Below, piece after piece: positions 35,205 through 45,712 of a DNA stretch of 63,165 nucleotides (the stretch's first letter is position 1; each line of letters starts with the position of its first letter). Source of the stretch: Negaprion brevirostris (taxonomy: Eukaryota); NCBI GenBank assembly GCA_030324005.1, contig JARDVH010000031.1, positions 9,380,539-9,443,703 on the forward strand, in the 5' to 3' direction. Both the position numbers and the translations under genes were made by a program. The notes beneath the pieces were generated by a model. It had not been told where the DNA came from. It did not search any database and saw nothing but the letters and a program-made list of their open reading frames with translations.

Positions 35205-35768
35205 ATGCTTGGGCTGGTATAAGTGGGGCTTCCCCTTAGAACAGAGAAGGTTAGAAGGCAATAATGATAGAAGTCTTTAAAACCATGGCAATTTAGATAA
35301 GTAATGATAAACTGTTTCCAAAGGCAAATGATGAGCAAAGAACACAAATTTAAGGTGGATGGCAAAAGAACCAGAGGCAGCAAGAGGAAAATCACTTTTA
35401 CAGAGCTCTTGGTTAGGGTTTGGAAAATGTTGCCTAATCGGGTGTTGGCTACAAATTCAATAGCAGCCTACGAAAGAGAATCAGTTAATTTTTGTAAGGA
35501 AAAAAGTTCAAAATGTTCAATCTCAGTAAAAATTAGCAATATTAAGATATAAAACCAGTTCAGACAATTTTTACTGGAACCCCTTTATTTCCAACTTTTA
35601 CTATTTTTTACCCCTTTTGGGAAGATTTGAAAGGGTACAGTTTTGCAGGAATTATAAGGCAAGAGAGCGGGAAAGTGGGGAAAAATGGACTGGTCTTTGA
35701 AAGAGCCTGCACAGACTCAATAGGCTGAAAGGACTCTTTCAATACTGTACTTTTCTATGATTCAATGA
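35205..35768 (+). mobile_element. CR1 LINE 3' end with internal insert
   Basis: CCCCTTAGAACAGAGAAGGTTAGAAGG..EHKFKVDGKRTRG..FTELLVRVWKMLP; UTR TTTGAAAGAGCCTGCACAGACTCAATAGGCTGAA..TCTATGATTC. Confidence 0.75.
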
Positions 35769-36834
35769 TTACTACAGTGGCTATGATACAAAAGTACTTT
35801 GTTGGCGATCGACTCAAAGTGCTTTGGGGCATTCTGCTATCATAAAAAGCACCATAAGAGTACAATTTTTTTTGTAGCAGGACTGAAATTAATGAAGAGT
35901 ATTTTGCATTAGAGTAATTTGCTGAAAGTGTTAGGTGTTTTTTGCTAACTCATTTTGGCAGCTGATAAACTCTGGGGGGGGTAATGCCAGAGTCCTGACC
36001 ACTGTAAAGATGCTGCCAGTGTTGCCTTTTTTGTTAAATCTTATTCTATGGCTATTGGTTTATGCTTTCATCTTTCCTTCGTTTCATGTCAGTCATTGTA
36101 TTTTTTTAACTGCCATCTTAGCTCCTGACCAGAGGAACAGAATGATGGTTTGTGACAGATTCATAGCCCCTCTGTCTTCTGACAGGCCAGCAGGTGGTGA
36201 ATCTGTGGAACAGCCATGGGGCAGCTAAATCTAAGAGGAAGGGCTGCACATCTATAAAATGTTCCATCTGGTGGTGTGACTGGGAACTGCTGAAGCATTT
36301 TCTTCAAGGCTGTCCAACTCCTGTGACAGTCAGCACCGGGAGAATCCAACCTTCTGCCCGAAGACTGCTAGGTAGATCCCCACACTACCAGTGAACTATC
36401 CAGATACTATGCAGCTAGCATCTAAATAATTTTGGTCCAAGTATCACACTTATCCCATGTGTATCCCAAAAACTGAAGCTTCATTACATGCAGGCTAAAA
36501 ATAAATCACAAGCATTTTAACAGCTCAAGCAATTGATATCAACCCTTTTATTGTCAATTGCAGAGCAACAATGTCTGGGAAAATTTGAAATAAAAATTGG
36601 GGACATGTGCTCAATACACAAACGATAGAAAACAGGATGCTATTGGTTTTCCAAAATCGTGAAAGACTTGTTTGAAGATTTTGCCGTGAGTTTCTCTTTG
36701 GTCATTATAATTTTTCTATTTTGCCACTTCCCAAGCTTTATTTAAACCTTAGTCTGCATATACCAGCCACTTGCTGTTCTGTGATTGTAGCCAACTGTTT
36801 TGTTAGTTTGCAGGTAAGCTGCAGCATATAGAAA

Positions 36835-36940
36835 GGAAGAAAGAACTTGTATTTACATAGTGTCTCTCATCACCTCAGGACATCTGCAAAGTGCTTTGCA
36901 ATCAATGAACTACTTTTGAAGTTGTAATGTAGAGAATGGG
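36835..36940 (-). mobile_element. Deu-domain SINE tail
   Basis: AAAGAACTTGTATTTACATAG..CACCTCAGGACATC..AAAGTGCTTTGCAATCAATGAACTACTTTTGAAGT. Confidence 0.65.
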
Positions 36941-36997
36941 ATTGTGGCTAAATATCAAACAACTTGCAGGGGAGCAGGGTGACACAGTGGCATAATA

Positions 36998-37155
36998 GTT
37001 AGCTGTGGCTCAATTGGGAACATACACGCCCCTGAGTCAGAAGTTCCTGGTTTGAATCCCGCTGGGGGCCTTGAGCCCAGAAACCTAATCTGACACTCTG
37101 CTGCAGGGCTGGGGGACTGTTAGACTGTTGAAGGTGCTGCCCTTCAAGTAAGATT
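36998..37155 (+). mobile_element. Deu-domain SINE head
   Basis: AGCTGTGGCTCAATTGG..CTGAGTCAGAAGTTCCTGGTTTGAATCCC..CTGACACTC. Confidence 0.7.
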
Positions 37156-37156
37156 T

Positions 37157-37328
37157 GGGGCAGCACGGTGGCACAGTATTTAGCACTGCTGCCTCACTGT
37201 GCCAGGGTTCAATTCCCAGCATGGATCACTGTCTGTGTGAAGTCTGCACGTTCTCCCCGTGTCTGCTTGGGTTTCCTCAGGGTGCTCGGTTTCTTCCCAC
37301 ATTCCAAACATGTGTGAGTTAGGTGGAT
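37157..37328 (+). mobile_element. HE1-type SINE running into an N gap
   Basis: GGGGCAGCACGGTGGCACAG..TAGCACTGCTGCCTCAC..GGGTTCAATTCCC..TCTGCACGTTCTCCCCGTGTCTGC. Confidence 0.9.
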
Positions 37329-37756
37329 NNNNNNNNNNNNNNNNNNNNNNNNNNNNNNNNNNNNNNNNNNNNNNNNNNNNNNNNNNNNNNNNNNNNNNNN
37401 NNNNNNNNNNNNNNNNNNNNNNNNNNNNACAAAGAAACACAGTCACTTCGTATTTGCAGGAAATTTATTGGAGAGGAGGCTTAAGACACTTCGAAATTGC
37501 ACACGGACACAGGTATAGCATAACAAACACATCTGAATGCAGAGTGGGTTTGCATCACTTGCAAGGAAAACAGCCATGTTTGGATCCAAAATTGTCAATT
37601 GTAACCTAGTTATATTTGCAGTGTCTTATAACAGAAACCAATAAATTAAAATAACCAATAATGCAACTGAGAGAATAATTTAGGACCTGTTCACACAAGT
37701 GTTTGTTATCTCGCTACATTGGTTGGCGGGAGGTAAGAAATTACATTGCTAGTGAA

Positions 37757-38006
37757 GTGGGGGTGGCACAGTGGTTAGCACTTCTGTCTCGCAGCGCCAG
37801 GGACCCAGGTTCATTTCCTAGCTTGGGTCACGGTGTGGAACCTGCATGGGTTTCCTCTGGGTGCTCTGGTTTCCTCCCACAGTCCAAAAGGCTGGTTAGG
37901 TGCATTGCCATGCTAAACAGGCGCCGAATTGTGGAGAGCAGGGGATTTTCACAGTAACTTCATTGCAGTGTTAATGTAAGCTTACTTGTGAGACTAATAT
38001 ATAAAC
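37757..38006 (+). mobile_element. HE1-type SINE with internal deletions
   Basis: GGTGGCACAGTGGTTAGCAC..CAGCGCCAGGGACCCAGGTTCA; tail GGGGATTTTCACAGTAACTTCATTGCAGTGTTAATGTAAGCTTACTTGTGA. Confidence 0.9.
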
Positions 38007-39078
38007 TCTGGTATTGTGTATGGTTGGAATGTAGTGTACTGATACAGGAGGTGAGAGTTGCAGGAGTAACAAGCTGCCACACTCATAGACCTGTCAAGCC
38101 TTACTTGTTGAGAGTGAGACTCAGTCCTTATACCATGAAAATCTGACCTATTTAAAGAGTATTGCACCATAAACAAATGAAGGCAGCTCCATATCTTGAA
38201 ATGAGTTTGGAATGCAGTCATAATCTGCCCCCAGCCATCCACAACTCCTGCCACCTCCCATCCTCCAATGTTGACAGCTGTACTAAGCAGCATGTTCTCT
38301 AATTGGATGTAGAAGTGAAATGTGTGATTGAACAATGTGCAAAGAGAAGAAAGAAGGGAGAGCCTTTTATCTTTTAAAGCACTGCAAACCCGAAGTGAGG
38401 TGACTATCATTCTGAAATTGTATTGTTCAAATAAGGTACATCTAAATTATGCCTGCAAAACGGTTAAGGCTCTAGAGACAGTTTCAGGCTCTTTGCCTGA
38501 GGCAAAAGATATATAGAATGAAAAATCAAACCTCTTCATAAAATTTCTGCGTTAGATGCCTCCAAAGCTAAATGTGGGAACGGAGCCAATAGAAAAAGAA
38601 TCTAAAGAGGCGGTGTCAGTTCAACAACATATTTGACCACTATTCTCCTCTGTTCATTCTCAGGGATCACAGCATTGCTTTCTTTAACAAATCAGTGGAT
38701 AATATGGAAGATACAGAATTCTGGTTTCAATTGTGATTTTTAAATGTTCTCCTTGCTGTCAAGTACTTCCTCCATTAATAACTGCACAAGGGTCTTTGGG
38801 AGGGAAGTGAATGAAGTAATACACAGGTTCCTTGCTCCTCAGAGTACACTATGCTTTTTCAGTAAAGCTTTTATTGAACCTTAAGAGATGCTCTGAGGTT
38901 GGCTGCACTGAGCTAAACCTTGCCATCAGAGCCATTGTGCTGGTGTGCGTATGTGTGTGTTACCCAACAGTGAGGCTTGTCAAGTTGGTGGAGGAACAGG
39001 GAAGGAAAAAGAAGATGCAGAATACAAAACACATGCTCACTCACAGGGAACAATTCTAACACTGGAACACACATCCTT

Positions 39079-40048
39079 GATTTGATTTATTAATGCCACA
39101 TGTATTAGTATACAGTGAAAAGTATTGTTTCTTGCATGCTATACAGACAAAACATACCGTTCATAGANNNNNNNNNNNNNNNNNNNNNNNNNNNNNNNNN
39201 NNNNNNNNNNNNNNNNNNNNNNNNNNNNNNNNNNNNNNNNNNNNNNNNNNNNNNNNNNNNNNNNNNNNNNNNNNNNNNNNNNNNNNNNNNNNNNNNNNNN
39301 NNNNNNNNNNNNNNNNNNNNNNNNNNNNNNNNNNNNNNNNNNNNNNNNNNNNNNNNNNNNNNNNNNNNNNNNNNNNNNNNNNNNNNNNNNTGCTTTATCG
39401 AGGCAGCAGGAAGTGTACTCAGTGTCAATGGATGGGAGGTTGGTTTGGGCGATGGACTGGGCTCCATTCATGACCCTTTGTAGCTTATTGAGGTCTTGGA
39501 CAGAGCAGGAGCCATAGCAAGCTGTGATATAATCAGAAATGAAGCTTTCTATGGTGCATCTGTAGAGGTTGGTGAGAGGTGTGGCAGACATGCCAAATTT
39601 CCTTCGTCTCCTGAAGAAGTAGAGGTGTTGGTGAGCTTTCTTAACTATAGTGTCCACATGGAGGGACTAGGATAGGATACTGGCGATCTGGGCACCTGAA
39701 GCTCTTGACCATTTCTGCTTCGTTCCCATTGATATCGACAGGGGCATGCATTCCATCATGTTTCCTGAAGTCGATGACTATCTCCTTCATTTTATTGACA
39801 TTGAGGGAAAGATTATTTTTGTCGCACCATTTCAACAGAATCTCTATCTGTTTCTCGTACTCTGTCTCATCATTGTTTGAAATCTGATCCACAATGGTGG
39901 TGTCATCAGCAAACTTGAAAATCGAGTTGAAGGGGAATGTGGCTATACATTCAGAGGTGTATAAGGAGTATAATAAGAGACTGAGNNNNNNNNNNGACAC
40001 AGCCCTGCAGAGCACTGGTGTTGAGGATGTGGAGGAGGTGTTGTTGCT
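39079..40048 (-). mobile_element. Rex1/Babar-clade LINE 3' part
   Basis: LSLLLYSLYT, KFADDTTIVDQISNNDETEY, NNLSLNVNKMKEIVIDFRK, VKKAHQHLYFFRR..KFG, YRCTIES; 3' tail AATAAATCAAATCAA. Confidence 0.9.
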
Positions 40049-40059
40049 TATTTAGGAGG

Positions 40060-40220
40060 AAGTCCATGAGTAACTTTGAAAAGCGAATCGGACAAATAAA
40101 GGGGAAGAAATCTCAAGTTAATGGAAACAAAGCAGGGAAAGATGACCAATTAGATAGCTCTTTTAAAGAGCCAGCATAGGCATATTGGGCTGAATGGCCA
40201 TATTATTTTACGATTCTGCG
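40060..40220 (+). mobile_element. CR1 3' UTR fragment
   Basis: CAATTAGATAGCTCTTTTAAAGAGCCAGCATAGGCATATTGGGCTGAATGGCC. Confidence 0.65.
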
Positions 40221-43009
40221 AATAAAAAGTCTCTGCAATTTCCATTCATACTGCCTACCCATTGTCCACTGTTATTTGTTTTTACTTATTAGGAGAAAGC
40301 TTTAGTAAGTTCAGGAAGAATTTTTCAGGTATCAATTTCAGACTGATGGACTTGGAACAATAAACTGTGTGTGTCTTTACTTCTGTGACAAATTCATACC
40401 TAGGTTACTGGCTATGATCAGTTTGTACATTAAGCTAGATCGATCCAAAGAAAGCAAAATGAATGTGAAATGAGTCCATCCGTACACTGCTTTACCCTGG
40501 ATCAAGCTCACTACCCTTCATGCACATTTACACACACAACCTGACTGGACTGCAGCTCAAAACCTGCAGAGTGGCAGAAAACAATTTGAATGCAAAAGGG
40601 CTACTTCGATATACAGGTTACTGAATCCAACATCGCATTGCTCCCAACACACACCATGCACACACAAGGTTATCACATATTAATGTAAAATGATTACATC
40701 TGGGTACATCCTATTTTACAACATACTGCTGCACATTTACATACAGATAACATTTAGTGCTGCTTACAGTGCATCATTTAGGCATAATGAATGTTAATTT
40801 ATCTTTCTTTATGTACACTTTATCATCTATATATACCTAAAACACATCATTTTAATAGAAAACTAACCCTCATTAACCTATTGAATAGCAAATTTCCTTT
40901 GTAGCTTCAAGCTCAGGAACACATTTTCCATCAAATGGCATTTTTAAAAATTGGTGTGAACGTGATTACACAATATATATTAAAGAAAGACAATGAACAC
41001 ACTGGCCTAAATTTAGAAGGTTTGGCGCTGTTGGTTAGACTTTTGCCTGTACTCTTCCGCTCAAAAATGTTTTGCCCTGTAAGTTGTTGTAAGTGCAAAT
41101 TGATGATAACACAGGAGCAACAGGGTTTCTGGGACCTTAGTGAACTAAGTTAACAATTATTACATTATTGGAAAGGATAGTTACTGGGTTTAGCTTTCTG
41201 TGGCCAGTTTAATGGAGAACTACTGTGGAGATGCAGCATATGAAAATGATTTATGAAAATCATGCATGGTTAAGCACAAGATGCCAATTTACTGAGCTAA
41301 CATGGAGCAGCACAAATTGTCCAATTTGTGACAATTCACAATCTCAGAGTACTTCTTTCTTATCTCAAGTTTTTAGCAGATCTACAGCCTGTATTTTTTT
41401 TGCACACTGATAAAGCCAGGCAAAAGGACAAGCATAGGGCACTAAGGAGAGTGAAAACAGCAGAGAAGAATGTAAGGGTGTGAATATAAGGAAAGTGTTC
41501 TGAGGTATTGCTAAATTTATAGATTAAATGCCTAAAGATTGTACAAGCGATGGGAGTACAAGGAAGGGAAGATTGAGAATAAAGTGTAAGGAATACGAAA
41601 GTGAGAGAAGAAGGCACAAGGGAGGGTAGATTGAGGGGGTAAGAAATGCCATGGTTTTGAGGATTTAATGAAGGAGAAATGATTCCCTAGTTACTAATGG
41701 ATCAAACTAGAGATTAGCACAGGATATCCCCGTCTCATCACACAGCAATAGATCACTGGTTGTAAACCTCTGTAACAGGAAAACTGGTAGTCCATTCAAA
41801 ATAGCTCACTTTAGCAGTGGCACATTTGGTGTGTAGGGCATGTTGAATTTTCTCACTGTATGGTCAGTGAAGGATCCACATTTTCAGACCACTGACCTTT
41901 ACAAGATCAATTAAGATATCTATTGTATGTAAGTGCCTGAAAGTTTAGTGATGTATTTGCATGAGAAACTGATGCTACAAATTAGGCACCAACTCAGCAC
42001 TGTAGAGTGTTTGTTCCAAAGGCAATCAATAAAGTTTATAGTTATATATTGTTGGATTAAAAAGAAGTGGTTTGGGAACGCATTTCATATTGAGTAAGCA
42101 ATTTGTTTCTATGTTGAAAACCATCTTTGGGCCAAATATAGGTTTCTTTCTGTGATTCAGTAGAGTCCATCTTCAATTAAAATTTCTATTTTACCTTAAT
42201 GTGTAAAATACATGGATTGTATCCAATAACTGTCAGCTTGTCAGCCTGCCATTGGACGAGTATGGATACAGAAAGCCCCTTGAACCTATTTGATCTAATT
42301 CTTCCAGAATCCCAACAGTATTTTCATTATAGCACCTGTGCCCTGATCTCAAGTGGCCTGAGAAATCTATACAATGGTTAGTTGACCATTACAGGGCAAT
42401 CCATTTGGAAGGATTTTCTGCTGCCATATTGGGGCGGGGGAGGGGGGGTGGATGGCAGGGTGGGGGCAGTACCCTGGCTTTTATGGGATTCTCCCATCAA
42501 TTCTTCCTACCCGCCCCCCCCATCCACTCAACACCTTTTTGTGGGATAGTTCCAAATTTCCGCTACTTCCGTGTGAAGATCTGCTTCCTGACATTACCCC
42601 TAAATGGTTTGGCTCAAATTTTAAGGTGACTTCGGTTTATTCTGATCTCTCTCTTCAGAGGAAATAGTTTCTCTCTGACCTTGTTTATAACCACCAGGGA
42701 AGGCACAACATCAGAGATGGTATCTGCTGTAATTAATGTTTTCATTCCCCTCCACCCCCCGACCCTCACACTACCCCCATTATTACATTTTGATAAAAAC
42801 CTAGTGTGTACACAGCATCTGCTGCAGTACCAAGCTGCCAAAGCAACCAGCCTGATGCTGTAGGACTGGAGTTCTTAGAGCAGACTGGTCATGCCTTTGC
42901 CAGGTATGAACTCTAGCAGAAAACTCCCCCCTTAAGGCAATAGCTCTGATGTATTTATTTTCTTATAAACATTACTTGTATGCAGCCTAGTGGGTAAAGA
43001 CACTGGGTA

Positions 43010-43305
43010 TAATGTCAGAGGTGCATCTTTTGAATGAGAGGTTAAACTGAGGCTCCAGCCGCCCTCTCAGGTGGATGTAAAAGATCCTATGGCTGCATTT
43101 CAAAGAAGAACAGGGTACTTATTCCTAGTAGTTACCCCTCAAGCAATATCGTTAAAAATGATTATCTGTTCATCACCATATTGCTGTAAGCAAACTGGTT
43201 GCTACCAGAGTGATTACACTTTAAAATTATTCATCAGCTGTAAAGAGCTTTGGGATAGCCTGAGGTCATGAAAGATGCTATATAAATGCAAGTATTCCTT
43301 TCTTC
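43010..43305 (+). mobile_element. Deu-domain SINE body and tail
   Basis: GTTAAACTGAGGC..CTCTCAGGTGGATGTAAAAGATCCTATGGC..TTTCAAAGAAGAACAGGG..CTGAGGTCATGAAAGATGCTATATAAATGCAAGT. Confidence 0.8.
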
Positions 43306-43537
43306 TTAAAACTACAGCATGGGACTCCCCTTGATAACTCATTTAGTAAGCACAGACTCTGCTGTGTTGAGTTGTTGATCTCAGTTGAGGCAATTAGTCA
43401 CAGTTACTCTAGAGTAACTACGGGAAGAGAAACATCCAGTCAGAGTTTCCACTCTCAGGATTGAATCTTGTACTCTCACTTTTGGTGAGCTTGGAGATGG
43501 GAACAGCATTTTCGAGTCTTGGTATGTAAATAACAAA

Positions 43538-43658
43538 GGCAGGATATTCTGGTCGTTTTCGCACCTAAACCAGAAAATCCTGCCCAAGAAGCACCTTCCA
43601 TGGTCCACCCTTCACCCGCTACGATTCTGTGGTGGGCAGAACAGGAAAATTTTCCCCC
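43538..43658 (+). mobile_element. ~120-bp MITE (same family as 20316-20439)
   Basis: GGCAGGATATTCTGG..CCAGAAAATCCTGCC hairpin; CCTTCCATGGTCCACCC..CTGTGGTGGG; end GGAAAATTTTCCCCC. Confidence 0.7.
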
Positions 43659-44974
43659 AAGTATCACTATGAGCTGAGGTTCTACCTGTCCTGAGTGTTG
43701 AGAAGAACTGGCCATGCTGCTACAGAATGCTGCAAGTAGTTGGACCATGCCATTCCACTGTGATCGGCATGCAATGTCCTAGAGGTGCCACGGGAAAAGG
43801 AGATGGTGGATGCTGTCAGATGGTTTGCACAAGGTCACATCTCATCACCAGATTTCAAATAAGCACCAAGATCTAGCTTGGTTGATGATAAGAAAGGCCT
43901 TCTCCATCAGAATATTCCTACATACCTTACTCTCAAGATGACTGTGGTGAGGAAGAGACTGTTGCCTATCTCTGTGTCGACTTAGTCCCCCCAAGATTGG
44001 GTTTCCTCAAGGGATCAGTGCCCTTCAACAGAGGACTGTGCAGAGAAAGTAAAAGGCAACTTCCATGCAATAGAAGTGTGTGGTAAGGGTCTGTGCCCAC
44101 AGGTTGGAGAGGCTGCTGGTTTCTTAAACATGCTGAGGAACTTTGTTGGGGGATACAAAGGGATGATGAAAGAGAGATCACCCAGAGCATTATCAACATT
44201 GGCACAAGCATTATTCAGCATGAATATTTTATGTGCCAGGAGGGGGAACCTGAGGGGGAAAAATAATTGAAAAACAAGGAAGGAGTAGTAGAGCAAATAG
44301 CACTTGGGCTGATCATTAATCTACCTGCAAGGAAAACTAGGGGAGATCAAAGTATAAGCAAACAGTGGAGTGACCGTGTCAACTACCATGCAATGGGCTG
44401 AAGCAACTTGTAAACTGAATTTTTACACCTCAAAAAGCTGGGCTCTGGAAGAAATTGGCACTTTGCAATTAAAATGACAATTGAAAACCTGCATTTAAGT
44501 GCGTGGCATGTCAAGGGAGGAATTGCAGAAACTAAACATAGTAGAATTTATCTGAGTTCAAAAGGACCCACAATCCAGCCCTGTCAATCAGTTCAAAACG
44601 AACACTGATAACCTTTGAGCAAAAAGTACAACTTTTCACTGCAAGGGAAACATGACAGGTGCAGCAAGTTTCTCAACTGCTAAATTTGGCATGCCCTGGA
44701 ATCTCACTGGTCACATGCCCTAGCTCCAGTAATTGTTGTTTGTCAAACACAAACATCACTGTTACACTGAGTGTAACATGAGATTAACAGGGCGGAGATA
44801 AGAGAGAGGTTGCTGGTCACAACACAGATTGCAAATCCTGAAATTTTGATTGCACCAGCAAAATATTGCCAAAGATGTGCCTTGTGTGAGTATTTGCTTT
44901 CTGTACACCACTTAAGATTTGGACAAGACAAACCTAATAGTCCTCTGAAAGACTCCTCTGAACAGGTTTAAAAA

Positions 44975-45274
44975 ACAGTAAGAAGTCTCACAACATCAGG
45001 TTAAAGTCCAACAGGTTTATTTGGTAGTAAACGCCACTAGCGGCCGTTACTACCAAATAAACCTGTTGGACTTTAACCTGGTGTTGTGAGACNNNNNNNN
45101 NNNNNNNNNNNNNNNNNNNNNNNNNNNNNNNNNNNNNNNNNNNNNNNNNNNNNNNNNNNNNNNNNNNNNNNNNNNNNNNNNNNNNNNNNNNNAATAAACC
45201 TGTTGGAATTTAACCTGGTGTTGTGAGACTTCTTACTGTGTTTACCCCAGTCCAACACCGGCATCTCCACATCA
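44975..45274 (+). mobile_element. Penelope-like element terminal repeats (inverted plus tandem copies)
   Basis: 46-bp inverted arms 44985-45030 / 45047-45092; another direct copy after the gap ends CCGGCATCTCCACATCA; flanked by CAGGTTTA(6)CAG / CAGGTTTA(8)CAG. Confidence 0.85.
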
Positions 45275-45444
45275 GGTTTAAAAAAAACAGACTGGGCAAA
45301 TTTTAGAATACAAATAGAAAATTGCATTGGAATGAAATTAGGCTTCAGGCTGAGTTTGAGATGGAACTTGTGCCAAAAGACAATTTAAGCAGCCAGCTTT
45401 AAGCTTTCAAACTGATTTTGGTTCTGAACATTTTTGTTCATGCA

Positions 45445-45712
45445 AGATATTGATGGAGTAAGTAAGAAGAAACAGTTTCCACTGACAGGAAGAATCAATA
45501 GCCAGACAACACAGAGGATGGGATGAGGAGTGTTTCAACTTATTATGATAAGGAATAGAAGCCTTCACTAGGGAATTTGATAAATATTTGAAGGGCAAAA
45601 AAAATGCAGGAGCTTGGGCTTAGGGCTACTTGGATAGTTGTTTCAAAGAGCTGGCCCACAGGCAATAGGCCGAATGGCCTCATTTGTGTCTGGAAGTTTC
45701 TATGATTCTATG
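45445..45712 (+). mobile_element. CR1 LINE 3' end
   Basis: GAAGAAACAGTTTCCACTG..GGAATTTGATAAATATTTGAAG..TTCAAAGAGCTGGC..GGCCGAATGGCCTC..TTCTATGATTCTATG. Confidence 0.75.

Noticed and set aside
42431-42468. G-quadruplex-capable G-run cluster
   Set aside because: Appears to lie in a decayed GC-rich repeat fragment; such runs are common and nothing suggests function.
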